In this document: positions 1-13,670 of the stretch, piece after piece
Layout: each line of letters starts with the position of its first letter
Numbering within the stretch: position 1 is the first letter of the stretch
The notes under the pieces: generated by a model
Databases searched by the model: none
What the model was told of the DNA's origin: nothing
The model's input: only the letters and a program-made list of their open reading frames with translations
Source: Eledone cirrhosa
Taxonomy: Eukaryota
Length of the DNA: 64,000 nucleotides
NCBI GenBank assembly: GCA_964016885.1
Contig: OZ024746.1
Coordinates: 83,452,001 to 83,516,000, forward strand
Direction of reading: 5' to 3'
Position numbers and translations under genes: made by a program

Positions 1-19
1 ATAAGTGGATGAAGAAGAA

Positions 20-700
20 GATTGTGTATTAATCACCACAACCCTAGACTGTAACAACTTCCTTCATACAATTTAATGGAATATATTGTTTAGATACTAA
101 ATGGCTCATGTGACCAACCAATCATAGCTTCATCAATAAAAACTTTTGTGTGTGGATTATAACTTGAAATTTATTTCACACTATATCCATAAAAGACTGC
201 ACATAAGCAAATATATCATGTCCAGGATTGTTCATTAGGAAGAGTTAGCTGATGTATCTATCATAAAGATTAAAAAATAACCTTAAATGTTCAAAATGTT
301 CACAAGAAAACATTTTATCTAAGCTAGCTATATGGTACAACATATCCATTATCTCGTATACATCATACGCCGCGAGTGCTACATATATTCCCATCATGAT
401 GATACATCCTAACAAAGTTTTCATTTCTTTTTTCAGTATATTATAACCATGTTCCATTGGGTCATGTTCCATATATCTTTAGACATATCTATTGCTTTCT
501 TCAGCTGTAATTTCATATAAATATGCAGGAAAAAATATATTTTAAAAAAAATCTTATCTCGGTCCTATCTCTATCTCATTTTGTGTTATTCCTGAAAAGT
601 CAGAGCTATTTATTGTGCGACATTATTCGTTCCACTTGTTTATAGAAATATGATTCTCACAACCAACATAAGAAGTATTAATGTCTGTGTCATCTAAAGT
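20..700 (-). pseudogene. Decayed piggyBac-family (DDE_Tnp_1_7/PGBD-like) transposase fragment
   Basis: Manual minus-strand translation across stops and frameshifts gives motifs in piggyBac order: YFFPAYLYEITAEESNRYV (cf. LFFxxxLxxxIVxETNRYA), KEMKTLLGCIIMMGI (cf. EMKAFLGLxILMG), FSCEHFEHLRLFF (cf. MSRxRFxxI), YNPHTKVFIDEAMI (cf. YxPxxxLSIDESM) and KQYIP. Includes ORF 245..472. Confidence 0.8.
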
Positions 701-1384
701 AGATTTAAAACATTTCCTATACATATTTGCATTATCCCTAGTGAAAAAGCCATGAAATTCATCTTCGGAACTAATTGCTTTTGGTCAAGTAGTAAGAATT
801 ATTTTTGAAAAAATATGAATTATCATGATTTAACTATTATATACAAGAATTGCATTCTAAAACTTAGTAATGACATTTGTAAAATGTCTTTTTGATTGGC
901 AGAATCAGTAGAACATTGGACAAAATACTTTGCAGTATTTAGTCATATCCCTTTGTTATGAGTTCAAAATCATACTAAGGTTAACTTTGCTTTTCGTCCA
1001 TCCAGAAATTAAGTACCAGGATTGATTTAATCAACTTATGCCTTCCCCAACAATGGGTGAACAAGTGCCAGGAGTTACTAGTGGAAAGAAACTGCAATAG
1101 AGGAAGACCAGGGCAGAAGTGGTGAGAATAGATCTCAAAATACTGAACCTGACAGAGATGAAGCAATACAGTAGGTTGAGGGAAGCTATGCTAGAAAAGA
1201 CCCATCTAACCTATGCAAGCATATAAAAGGTTGATGATATATATACATATATATATATATATTATTTATACATACTAAATAGTTTCATTTCATTTTTACG
1301 TCCGCTTTTCCTTGCTTGCAAGGGTGGGATGGGAACTGATTCTGGCTTGATTTCTACAGCTGGATGCCCTTCCTAACACCATAT

Positions 1385-1736
1385 ATACCCCATCCCACTA
1401 CCCCTACTCCTCCCCACCTCCTATTCCACCCCACCTCACCCCCACTCGCACCAACACCACTCTTTCTCTGTAAAGTTATGTTGGTACCACAACATCCAGT
1501 CCAAAATAAATGAGGTTGTGTAGGTGTCACGACAAAAAAAACACAGTCCATGCTGTAATGTGGCTGTGTAGGTAACAGAAAAAAACCTCTCAGTTCCACA
1601 CTGTAAACGTGGTTGGTGTTAGGAAGGGCATCCAGCCGTAGAAAACCTGCCAGACAGCCCTATACGAGCGAGACATGGTCACCCGACCAATCTTGCCTCA
1701 AGTAGGACAATTCCCGTCTAAACCCATGATGATGAT
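1385..1736 (+). mobile_element. 5'-truncated copy of the RTE LINE 3' UTR
   Basis: Closely matches 36700-37028 (GTTATGTTGGTACCACAACATCCAGTCC...AGGAAGGGCATCCAGCCGTAGAAAACC) and ends in (GAT)n. Further copies at 18874-19110 and from about 63917 to the window end. Confidence 0.8.
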
Positions 1737-1939
1737 ATATATATAATTAATAAATATCAACAGGAGAGAATAGTTTATATATATAATTAATTGTTTCTAA
1801 GTTAGGCACAAGGCCAGCAATTACCCAGTGTATTACTGGTACTTTATTTTATATATATAATTAATAAATGCCAACTTTATCTAATAGAAAAAGCAACCAA
1901 ATTTCCTCCAGGTTGCACCCTACTGATTTCTTTTTTGGT

Positions 1940-2195
1940 ACTCTGTCGGAACAGCATGCTCATGAAATTAATGTGCAAGTGGCTGAACATTCCACAGACA
2001 TACATACACTTAATGTAGTTCTCAGGAAGATTCAGCGTGACACAGAATGTGACAAGGCTGGCTCTACGAATTACTGGTACAACTCATTTTTGCCGGCTGA
2101 CGTGAAATAAAGTGTCTTGCTCAAGTATACAATGCACCGCCAAGAATTGAACTCATGACCTTACGATTGTGAGACAAATACCCTAACTTCAAAGC
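1940..2195 (-). mobile_element. Second tRNA-headed SINE-like family
   Basis: Minus strand has a B-box-like GAGTTCAATTC followed by CTTGAGCAAGACACTTTATTTCAC. The body (ATGAAATTAATGTGCAAGTGGCTG...GTAGTTCTCAGG) recurs at about 4350-4450, 22750-23050, 29920-30100 and 55070-55900. Confidence 0.6.
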
Positions 2196-2360
2196 CTTCA
2201 CATTATCTTAGAAGATAATGTGAGCCTAAATGCACTATGTTTAAAGAAAAACAAAATGATCATGTCTGGAATGTCCTAATCAGGGCTAACCTATTACCTA
2301 AACAACAGCAATACTGACTATATGTGTTAATACTAACTATGTTTTATATTGAATGAAATA

Positions 2361-2550
2361 ATTGTTTCTACATTTGGCACAAGGCCAGCAATTACCCAGT
2401 GCATTACTGGTACTTTATTTTATTGACCCCCGTAAGGATGAAAGGTAAAGTTAACCTCAGCAGGATTTGAACTCAGAATGGCAAGGGCCGTAACTCTATG
2501 CGTCAAAGCATGGCGTCCGACCCTCTACCGATACTGCCAATCCACCGCCC
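2361..2550 (-). mobile_element. Full-length young tRNA-derived SINE (called S1 here)
   Basis: Minus strand: GGGCGGTGGATTGGCAGTATCGGTAG (A box), GAGTTCAAATCC (B box), core CCTTTCATCCTTACGGGGGTCAATAAAATAAAGTACCAG, tail TAGAAACAATT. The core resembles the conserved Nin/Deu-type SINE domain (from memory, unverified). Flanked by direct repeat TTATATTG(A/G)ATGAAATAAT. Confidence 0.9.
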
Positions 2551-2917
2551 TTATATTGGATGAAATAATGTTATTGTTATTGCTTTTATGTTTCCATTTT
2601 TCTATATAATAATGATATTAACATCATGGGCTGGGTACCTTAATTATATTTTTAGCCTTACTCAAAAGATAATTTTGTTGTTTTAATCCCTTGAGAAAAC
2701 TTGTTCATCTAAGAACTGAAGGATCATAATATAGACCTAGATAAGTTAGATTAAGATTTGTTATAGATTGTTAGCTACACATGTTTTCTCTAGGGATTAT
2801 ATCCCTGAAATTATTTCAGAGTAAAGCCTAAACATATATAATCTTATATCATCATTATCATCTTTTTCATGCTGCATTGGGTTGGATAGGTCTGCCATAC
2901 AGCATATTTCTTATTAC

Positions 2918-3290
2918 CGTATATATTTGAGTAATAGTCGATCTCATGTAAAAGTTGACACCCTATTTTTGATAAAATGTTGTAGTTTGTTTGAAGTATT
3001 GTATATAATATATAATGTGGAAAGTGATATATGGTTAAACAATGCAAAATAGACAGTAAGATGAAGGTAACGAAAAAGTAAGTTACCTAGTAATCTTTGT
3101 TTTATTTTGTTGTTGTTGCATTGTTTCTTTTGTCCTCATATTTCAAGACTTAAAATTCCATTCTGCAGAGTATAAGGAACTTTCAGGTTACTTCTCTTTA
3201 GTAAAAAAAATCTGGAATTTTCCATAGACCTCATATAAAAGTTGACCCTAGCATTCTACGGATAACAGGTCAACATTTGTGGGTCACGGT
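2918..3290. mobile_element. Possible decayed Tc2/pogo-like DNA transposon end
   Basis: TA followed by CCGTATATATTTGAGTAATAGTCGA resembles Tc2-type termini. TAAAAGTTGAC recurs near 2949 and 3236. The other terminus was not found. Confidence 0.35.
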
Positions 3291-4934
3291 ATCATCTTGT
3301 ATGTAAAAATAACGCTGTTACAAAATCACCAAGAATTTAAGGCAAATTTATATTATTACACATACATGACTGAAACTAGAAATTTACCCGAATGTGTACC
3401 TACCATACTGGAGTGGTTGGTGCTTATAGCAGAAAGCTCAGTGCTTATAGTAAAACACCATATAATAGCAAGCACAACACATCTGTTGATGAGTGTTACA
3501 TCACCATTACTAAGATGTATGTACAAGATGTGCTGCAAGCTAGCAAACTTTATATTTTCCTCATTTCTTAACAATAAACACATGCATCAATGATTGGAGA
3601 GTTGTAATGTAAAACATGCCAAGCAGACATTGGCTGTGTACACAGTATTACGATAGGTAGTGGCATACTGGTAGATATATTATCCATAGTAATATACTGT
3701 AATTATGAGATATAAATTGATTGCACTAAGCTAGTCTCTTAAGGTTGATGGATACAAGTTAAAGAGCAAATATAAATATCTATAAGAGCTACATGGTCTT
3801 GTTTATGGATTTTGTTATTTAATTGGACGTGTGTTTTGATGCATTGAATCGGTAATATTACTGTAATTCATTGTGATTTTGTTTTTATTCACTTGGAGAT
3901 CAGTTGGGCTTCAGCTACTGATACGGTACTTTGGATCTTAGTTTGAATTTCAAGCCCCTCAAAAGTAATAGTCGATCCCATAAATTTATCCTTATCCTTA
4001 TCCTTATCTAATTTTATGATGAAGGTCCTCAATCAATCATAATGTTGTCTTTTATTCAGACATAGGGTGTCCAGAACTACATTATTCAGTGGCCTTCCAT
4101 TTCTAAGACAGTGATTTGAGAAAGATTTAGTTGCTATTTCTAGTATACAAGCCACTACATAGAGACTACATAACTTCTATACATAGTATTTATTATACAA
4201 CAGTTTATAATCTTTTTTCATAACGTGAACAACTATAATGGTAGTATGTATCAATATAAGTGTGTGCGTGTGTCTGTTTGTGTTCTGAATTTGAATGTTG
4301 CTGGATCTCCACTGTTTCCAATAAGTGTTCCAGTTAATTTAATCAATGAAAATATCTGCTTGTGAAATTAACCTGTAAGTAACTGCACATTTCAAAGACA
4401 TGCACCTTTAATGTAGTTCTCAGGGAAATTCATCATGATACAAGATGCTGTAGGCCAGAACAAACAAGAGACACAAAATAACAAATGAGTCACTGAGAAG
4501 GTCTCGGAATGTGTGATGAAAGAACTTACCAACGGGAAGTTTATAATAAATTGAAGTGAAAACCAACAACTGCGTGTGATTTTATTGGTAGCATGATACT
4601 CCCAAAGTATAACAATATATTATATATATATATATATATATATGTTATGTCCTTGAGCAAGACACTTTATTTCATGTTGCTCCTTCTACCTGGAGTTGCG
4701 ACCGATAGATAGTACTAGCAACTGGAAAGACCAACGGAAACATTGTTTCCTCGGTCCGATTTGACGAAAGCCGATCGATCCTTTATATATATATATATGT
4801 CTGTGATTTTGCAAATCTATAATAACTGGAAATTTACAAATTGTATTTAATGGGGATAAAATTACATTAGAGCTTTAAATATCCTAATACAGTTGTATCA
4901 TCAACTCATATAATTTACCTTATATATATATCAG

Positions 4935-5127
4935 GATTGAACCAGTTTTAAACTAGTCAGACTATTATTCAACAGAGGACTCAATAGTTGGAATAATAGA
5001 GTATAACCACATTACATAGAGTCAGGGCCCAACAGCTGAGCTCTTGCCATTTCAACAGCTAGTTCAAGACTAGAACTAACTGTTGAAATGGCAAGAGCTC
5101 AGCCGTCAGGCTCCAACTCTTTCTAAT
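4935..5127 (-). mobile_element. Fold-back element, family A (hammerhead 3' half), in (TA)n
   Basis: Imperfect palindrome 5018-5120 (CAGCTGAGCTCTTGCCATTTCAACAG / CTGTTGAAATGGCAAGAGCTCAGCCG). The left extension resembles the reverse complement of the tail at 13560-13620. Confidence 0.7.
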
Positions 5128-5200
5128 ATATATATATATATAATATATGTTATGTGAGTAACTTGTGGTTACTAACGGTGGGATGGAACCACCCATGTAA

Positions 5201-5271
5201 ACTATCTGAGGAGATGTCGATTAAGAGTCAGGATCCGATCGCCTAATCGATATCGAAACAGTTGTAATATG
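5201..5271 (+). ncRNA. Minimal type I hammerhead ribozyme motif (family C, Penelope-like 3' end)
   Basis: CTGAGGA 5206-5212; 11-bp stem II GATGTCGATTA/TAATCGATATC; GAAAC 5255-5259; AGTT loop; GTA site 5264-5266; short stem I TAT/ATA; AATAAA at 5273. The element ends in (CT)n(TA)n. Confidence 0.7.
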
Positions 5272-5316
5272 CAATAAAGTTTCATAACAAGCTGCAAATC
5301 TGACTTCCTATTGTCA

Positions 5317-5387
<71 letters not shown>

Positions 5388-5999
5388 TATAGTTACAACT
5401 ATCAAATATAGATTAATTATTTATAATTACTGAAATACTTTGCGTTTATAATTAATTTAACAATATGAAATTTTGAAATTTTACATTGAATTTATGAAGA
5501 AAATATTATTCAGAACTATTAATGCACAGATGTAATGATTGCATGAACAGATTGTACATGTTGAGAACATGTAATATAATTGGTAGGGCTTTATCAGCTA
5601 CTGTTTGATATAATCTGCAATAAATTATCAATAATGCTATAAATTTTAATAGGAAATAGAAGCTTGGGGAATTTCACATTACTGTCTCCTCTAAATTTAT
5701 GCATTACCTTTATGAAATACATTGGTAAATTACTGTATCAATTAAGTCATTTAATTCTATAGTAATTATTATGCCTCTGATTTATTTTTCCCTGATTGTG
5801 CATTCATAATATAAAATATTTTAAAATATTTTAAAATATTTAGAAATGTGCCAAAGCAGTTTTCATTTAATTTGTCTGTAAATTTTACTAACTACAGATT
5901 AGCCAAAAATATCATTTAATATACGCCCCCCCCCCCCCCGCCCCCCCCGCGCAAAAAAAAAATAATAATAAATTGATAAAATAATTAAATAAATAATAA

Positions 6000-6400
6000 T
6001 TATTTCTACTTTTGGCACAAGGCCACCAATTATCCCAGTGCATTACTGGTACTTTATTTTATCGACCCCGTAAGGATGAAAGGCAAAGTTAACCTCGGCG
6101 GGATTTGAACTCAGACCGTAAAGGGACGTAACTCTATGCTGCAAAGCATGGCGTCCGACCCTCTACCGATAAATAATAATAAAAATGTTTTTACTTTTGG
6201 CACAAGGCCAGCAATTACCCCAGTGCATCACTGGTACTTTATTTTATCGACCCTTTAAGGATGAAAGGTAAAGTTAAGCTCAGCGGGATAGAACGTAAAG
6301 GGCTACAACTATGCTGCAAAGCATAATGATGATTTCTACTGGCACAAGGCCAGCAATTTGGGGGAGAGGGGAAAGTTGATTAAATTGACCCCAGTGCATG
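6000..6400 (-). mobile_element. Three tandem, partly truncated S1 SINE copies
   Basis: TTTCTACT(TT)TGGCACAAGGCCA-type tail sequence restarts near 6004, 6188 and 6333. The third copy is the long variant and is cut off just before the minisatellite. Confidence 0.85.
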
Positions 6401-6420
6401 TTAGTGTGGTTTTGTCTCCA

Positions 6421-9400
6421 GCAGACAATGGTAGTGTGATGACCACTACAGTAGACAATGGTAGTGTGATGACCACTACAGTAGACAATGGTAGTGTGAT
6501 GACCACTACAGTAGTCAATGGTAGTGTGATGACCACTACAGTAGACAATGGTAGTGTGATGACCACTACAGTAGACAATGGTAGTGTGATGACCACTACA
6601 GTAGACAATGGTAGTGTGATGACCACTACAGTAGACAATGGTAGTGTGATGACCACTACAGTAGACAATGGTAGTGTGATGACCACTACAGTAGACAATG
6701 GTAGTGTGATGACCACTACAGTAGACAATGGTAGTGTGATGACCACTACAGTAGACAATGGTACAGTGATGACCACTACAGTAGACAATGGTAGTGTGAT
6801 GACCACTACAGTAGACAATGGTAGTGTGATGACCACTACAGTAGACAATGGTAGTGTGATGACCACTACAGTAGACAATGGTAGTGTGATGACCACTACA
6901 GTAGACAATGGTAGTGTGATGACCACTACAGTAGACAATGGTACAGTGATGACCACTACAGTACACAATGGTAGTGTGATGACCACTACAGTAGACAATG
7001 GTAGTGTGATGACCACTACAGTAGACAATGGTACAGTGATGACCACTACAGTAGACAATGGTAGTGTGATGACCACTACAGTAGACAATGGTAGTGTGAT
7101 GACCACTACAGTAGACAATGGTAGTGTGATGACCACTACAGTAGACAATGGTAGTGTGATGACCACTACAGTAGACAATGGTACAGTGATGACCACTACA
7201 GTAGTCAATGGTAGTGTCATGACCACTACAGTAGACAATGGTAGTGTGATGACCACTACAGTAGACAATGGTACAGTCATGACCACTACAGTAGACAATG
7301 GTAGTGTGATGACCACTACAGTAGACAATGGTAGTGTGATGACCACTACAGTAGACAATGGTAGTGTGATGACCACTACAGTAGACAATGGTAGTGTGAT
7401 GACCACTACAGTAGACAATGGTAGTGTGATGACCACTACAGTAGACAATGGTACAGTGATGACCACTACAGTAGTCAATGGTAGTGTCATGACCACTACA
7501 GTAGACAATGGTAGTGTGATGACCACTACAGTAGACAATGGTACAGTCATGACCACTACAGTAGACAATGGTAGTGTGATGACCACTACAGTAGACAATG
7601 GTAGTGTGATGACCACTACAGTAGACAATGGTACAGTGATGACCACTACAGTAGTCAATGGTAGTGTCATGACCACTACAGTAGACAATGGTAGTGTGAT
7701 GACCACTACAGTAGACAATGGTACAGTCATGACCACTACAGTAGTCAATGGTAGTGTCATGACCACTACAGTAGACAATGGTAGTGTGATGACCACTACA
7801 GTAGACAATGGTAGTGTGATGACGACTACAGTAGACAATGGTAGTGTGATGACCACTACAGTAGACAATGGTAGTGTGATGACCACTACAGTAGACAATG
7901 GTAGTGTGATGACCACTACAGTAGACAATGGTAGTGTGATGACCACTACAGTAGACAATGGTAGTGTGATGACCACTACAGTAGACAATGGTACAGTGAT
8001 GACCACTACAGTAGACAATGGTAGTGTGATGACCACTACAGTAGACAATGGTAGTGTGATGACCACTACAGTAGACAATGGTAGTGTGATGACCACTACA
8101 GTAGACAATGGTAGTGTGATGACCACTACAGTAGACAATGGTACAGTGATGACCACTACAGTAGTCAATGGTAGTGTGATGACCACTACAGTAGACAATG
8201 GTAGTGTGATGACCACTACAGTAGACAATGGTACAGTGATGACCACTACAGTAGTCAATGGTAGTGTGATGACCACTACAGTAATCAATGGTAGTGTGAT
8301 GACCACTACAGTAGACAATGGTAGTGTGATGACCACTACAGTAGACAATGGTAGTGTGATGACCACTACAGTAGACAATGGTACAGTGATGACCACTACA
8401 GTAGACAATGGTAGTGTGATGACCACTACAGTAGTCAATGGTAGAGTGATGACCACTACAGTAGAGCATGGTAGTGTGATGACCACTACAGTAGACAATG
8501 GTAGTGTGATGACCACTACAGTAGACAATGGTAGTGTGATGACCACTACAGTAGACAATGGTAGTGTGATGACCACTACAGTAGACAATGGTAGTGTGAT
8601 GACCACTAGACCACTACAGTAGACAATGGTAGTGTGATGACCACTACAGTAGACAATGGTACAGTGATGACCACTACAGTAGACAATGGTAGTGTGATGA
8701 CCACTACAGTAGTCAATGGTAGAGTGATGACCACTACAGTAGACAATGGTAGTGTGATGACCACTACAGTAGACAATGGTAGTGTGATGACCACTACAGT
8801 AGACAATGGTAGTGTGATGACCACTACAGTAGACAATGGTAGTGTGATGACCACTACAGTAGTCAATGGTAGTGTGATGACCACTACAGTAGACAATGGT
8901 AGTGTGATGACCACTACAGTAGACAATAGTACAGTGATGACCACTACAGTAGACAATGGTAGTGTGATGACCACTACAGTAGACAATGGTAGTGTGATGA
9001 CCACTACAGTAGACAATGGTAGTGTGATGACCACTACAGTAGTCAATGGTAGTGTGATGACCACTACAGTAGACAATGGTAGTGTGATGACCACCACAGT
9101 AGACAATAGTACAGTGATGACCACTACAGTAGACAATGGTAGTGTGATGACCACTACAGTAGACAATAGTACAGTGATGACCACTACAGTAATCAATGGT
9201 AGTGTGATGACCACTACAGTAGACAATGGTAGTGTGATGACCACTACAGTAGTCAATGGTAGTGTGATGACCACTACAGTAGTCAATGGTAGAGTGATGA
9301 CCACTACAGTAGACAATGGTAGTGTGATGACCACTACAGTAGTCAATGGTAGTGTGATGACCACTACAGTAGACAATGGTAGTGTGATGACCACTACAGT

Positions 9401-12400
9401 AGTCAATGGTAGTGTGATGACCACTACAGTAGACAATGGTAGTGTGATGACCACTACAGTAGACAATGGTAGTGTGATGACCACTACAGTAGACAATGGT
9501 ACAGTGATGACCACTACAGTAGTCAATGGTAGTGTGATGACCACTACAGTAGACAATGGTAGTGTGATGACCACTACAGTAGACAATAGTACAGTGATGA
9601 CCACTACAGTAGACAATGGTAGTGTGATGACCACTACAGTAGACAATAGTACAGTGATGACCACTACAGTAATCAATGGTAGTGTGATGACCACTACAGT
9701 AGACAATGGTAGTGTGATGACCACTACAGTAGTCAATGGTAGTGTGATGACCACTACAGTAGTCAATGGTAGAGTGATGACCACTACAGTAGACAATGGT
9801 AGTGTGATGACCACTACAGTAGTCAATGGTAGTGTGATGACCACTACAGTAGACAATGGTAGTGTGATGACCACTACAGTAGTCAATGGTAGTGTGATGA
9901 CCACTACAGTAGACAATGGTAGTGTGATGACCACTACAGTAGACAATGGTAGTGTGATGACCACTACAGTAGTCAATGGTAGTGTGATGACCACTACAGT
10001 AGACAATGGTAGTGTGATGACCACTACAGTAGACAATGGTAGTGTGATGACCACTACAGTAGTCAATGGTAGTGTGATGACCACTACAGTAGACAATGGT
10101 ACAGTGATGACCACTACAGTAGACAATGGTAGTGTGATGACCACTACAGTAGTCAATGGTAGTGTGATGACCACTACAGTAGACATTGGTAGTGTGATGA
10201 CCACTACAGTAGACAATGGTAGTGTGATGACCACTACAGTAGACAATGGTAGTGTGATGACCACTACAGTAGACAATGGTAGTGTGATGACCACTACAGT
10301 AGACAATGGTAGTGTGATGACCACTAGACCACTACAGTAGTCAATGGTAGTGTGATGACCACTACAGTAGTCAATGGTAGTGTGATGACCACTACAGTAG
10401 ACAATGGTAGTGTGATGACCACTAGACCACTACAGTAGTCAATGGTAGTGTGATGACCACTACAGTAGTCAATGGTAGTGTGATGACCACTACAGTAGTC
10501 AATGGTAGTGTGATGACCACTACAGTAGTCAATGGTAGTGTGATGACCACTACAGTAGATAATGGTAGTGTGATGACCACTACAGTAGTCAATGGTAGTG
10601 TGATGACCACTACAGTAGACAATGGTAGTGTGATGACCACTACAGTAGACAATGGTAGTGTGATGACCACTACAGTAGACAATGGTAGTGTGATGACCAC
10701 TACAGTAGTCAATGGTAGTGTGATGACCACTACAGTAATCAATGGTAGTGTGATGACCACTACAGTAGATAATGGTAGTGTGATGACCACTACAGTAGAC
10801 AATGGTAGTGTGATGACCACTACAGTAATCAATGGTAGTGTGATGACCACTACAGTAGTCAATGGTAGTGTGATGACCACTACAGTAGACAATGGTAGTG
10901 TGATGACCACTACAGTAGACAATGGTAGTGTGATGACCACTACAGTAGACAATGGTAGTGTGATGACCACTACAGTAATCAATGGTAGTGTGATGACCAC
11001 TACAGTAGATAATGGTAGTGTGATGACCACTACAGTAGTCAATGGTAGTGTGATGACCACTACAGTAGATAATGGTAGTGTGATGACCACTACAGTAGTC
11101 AATGGTAGTGTGATGACCACTACAGTAGTCAATGGTAGTGTGATGACCACTACAGTAGTCAATGGTAGTGTGATGACCACTACTGTAGTCAATGGTAGTG
11201 TGATGACCACTACAGTAGTCAATGGTAGTGTGATGACCACTACAGTAGTCAATGGTAGTGTGATGACCACTACAGTAGACAATGGTAGTGTGATGACCAC
11301 TACAGTAGTCAATGGTAGTGTGATGACCACTACAGTAGTCAATGGTAGTGTGATGACCACTAGACCACTACAGTAGATAATGGTAGTGTGATGACCACTA
11401 CAGTAGACAATGGTAGTGTGATGACCACTAGACCACTACAGTAGTCAATGGTAGTGTGATGACCACTACAGTAGTCAATGGTAGTGTGATGACCACTACA
11501 GTAGTCAATGGTAGTGTGATGACCACTACAGTAGACAATGGTAGTGTGATGACTACTACAGTAGATAATGGTAGTGTGATGACCACTACAGTAGACAATG
11601 GTAGTGTGATGACCACTACAGTAGTCAATGGTAGTGTGATGACCACTACAGTAGTCAATGGTAGTGTGATGACCACTACAGTAGATAATGGTAGTGTGAT
11701 GACCACTACAGTAGACAATGGTAGTGTGATGACCACTACAGTAGACAATGGTAGTGTGATGACCACTAGACCACTACAGTAGTCAATGGTAGTGTGATGA
11801 CCACTACAGTAGTCAATGGTAGTGTGATGACCACTAGACCACTACAGTAGATAATGGTAGTGTGATGACCACTACAGTAGACAATGGTAGTGTGATGACC
11901 ACTAGACCACTACAGTAGTCAATGGTAGTGTGATGACCACTACAGTAGTCAATGGTAGTGTGATGACCACTACAGTAGTCAATGGTAGTGTGATGACCAC
12001 TACAGTAGACAATGGTAGTGTGATGACCACTAGACCACTACAGTAGTCAATGGTAGTGTGATGACCACTACAGTAGTCAATGGTAGTGTGATGACCACTA
12101 CAGTAGACAATGGTAGTGTGATGACCACTAGACCACTACAGTAGTCAATGGTAGTGTGATGACCACTACAGTAGTCAATGGTAGTGTGATGACCACTACA
12201 GTAGTCAATGGTAGTGTGATGACCACTAGACCACTACAGTAGATAATGGTAGTGTGATGACCACTACAGTAGACAATGGTAGTGTGATGACCACTACAGT
12301 AGTCAATGGTAGTGTGATGACCACTACAGTAGTCAATGGTAGTGCGATGACCACTAGACCACTACAGTAGATAATGGTAGTGTGATGACCACTACAGTAG

Positions 12401-13013
12401 ACAATGGTTGTGTGATGACCACTACAGTAGACAATGGTTGTGTGATGACCACTACAGTAGTCAATGGTAGTGTGATGACCACTAGACCACTACAGTAGAC
12501 AATGGTAGTGTGATGACCACTAGACCACTACAGTAGACAATGGTAGTGTGATGACCACTACAGTAGACAATGGTACAGTGATGACCACTAGACCACTACA
12601 GTAGACAATCAATGGTACAGTGATGACCACTAGACCACTACAGTAGACAATGGTAGTGTGATGACCACTAGACCACTACAGTAGACAATGGTAGTGTGAT
12701 GACCACTAGACCACTACAGTAGACAATGGTAGTGTGATGACCACTAGACCACTACAGTAGACAATGGTACAGTGATGCCCACTAGACCACTACAGTAGAC
12801 AATGGTAGTGTGATGACCACTAGACCACTACAGTAGACAATGGTAGTGTGATGACCACTAGACCACTACAGTAGACAATGGTAGTGTGATGACCACTAGA
12901 CCACTACAGTAGACAATGGTAGTGTGATGACCACTAGACCACTACAGTAGACAATGGTACAGTGATGCCCACTAGACCACTACAGTAGACAATGGTACAG
13001 GGATGACCACTAC
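6421..13013. repeat. Minisatellite, 30-bp unit GTAGACAATGGTAGTGTGATGACCACTACA, roughly 210 units, with a 38-bp variant
   Basis: Directly visible tandem array. The 38-bp variant carries a duplicated GACCACTA, first appears near 8609 and dominates after about 12480. Confidence 0.98.
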
Positions 13014-13428
13014 ATATAACATGTTAAACATTGGCTTCTGTAAGCTTTCGAGTATCAAAATCTTGCTTTATCATGCATTCACCTACACAGCTTTTGAACA
13101 CTTACTTCTGTAAAATTTCTACAATGCACACATGTATATACCATGCCACTTCAATATAAATAACTGTATCAACTGCTGAATGTTCACTCCTATGAAATTT
13201 CCTCTTTACTTGATCAGTTGTGATCAATTCCATTATTGTTTTTGAAGCTAAATAAATACATTTTTGCTTCACTGCTTTGTTGTGTTTTCATATATTGTGT
13301 GATTCTTGATATGTTGTATCTAACCTTCATAACACACCCGCTTCACTCGCTTCACTCACAACACAATATCTCCTTGTTGGTAATGATGCCATATGAAACT
13401 GGCTGTATTTATATATATATATATATAT

Positions 13429-13636
13429 ATAGGAACGAGTAGGACCCCGCCGGCTGAGCTCAAGCCGTTTCGACGGCTAATTCTGGACAGCAACAACAAC
13501 AACAGCAATTAGCCGTCGAAACGGCTTGAGCTCAGCCGTCGGGGTCCTACTCGTTCCTATTACCCACTCTACTACCCTAAGTATTGAGTACTTTGGTGCG
13601 TTATGGTCCACCTGATTCCTTGCCACATTTCCTTCG

Positions 13637-13638
<2 letters not shown>
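13429..13638 (+). mobile_element. Fold-back element, family A, in (TA)n
   Basis: 54-bp arms 13429-13482 and 13507-13560 with one mismatch. The right arm reads GAAAC-GGC-loop-GCC-GTC-GGGGTCC (hammerhead 3' half). Unique tail to 13638; (TA)n on both sides. Confidence 0.85.

Positions 13639-13662
<24 letters not shown>

Positions 13663-13670
<8 letters not shown>

Noticed and set aside
6280-8606. Minus-strand ORFs (HHTTIVYCSG)n and (VVVITLPLST)n as metal-binding or membrane proteins
   Set aside because: They are by-products of a 30-bp unit with no stop in those frames. They have no non-repetitive domain and end inside a SINE.
6421-13013. CRISPR-like array
   Set aside because: Units are directly adjacent with no unique spacers, there are no cas genes, and the context is eukaryotic.
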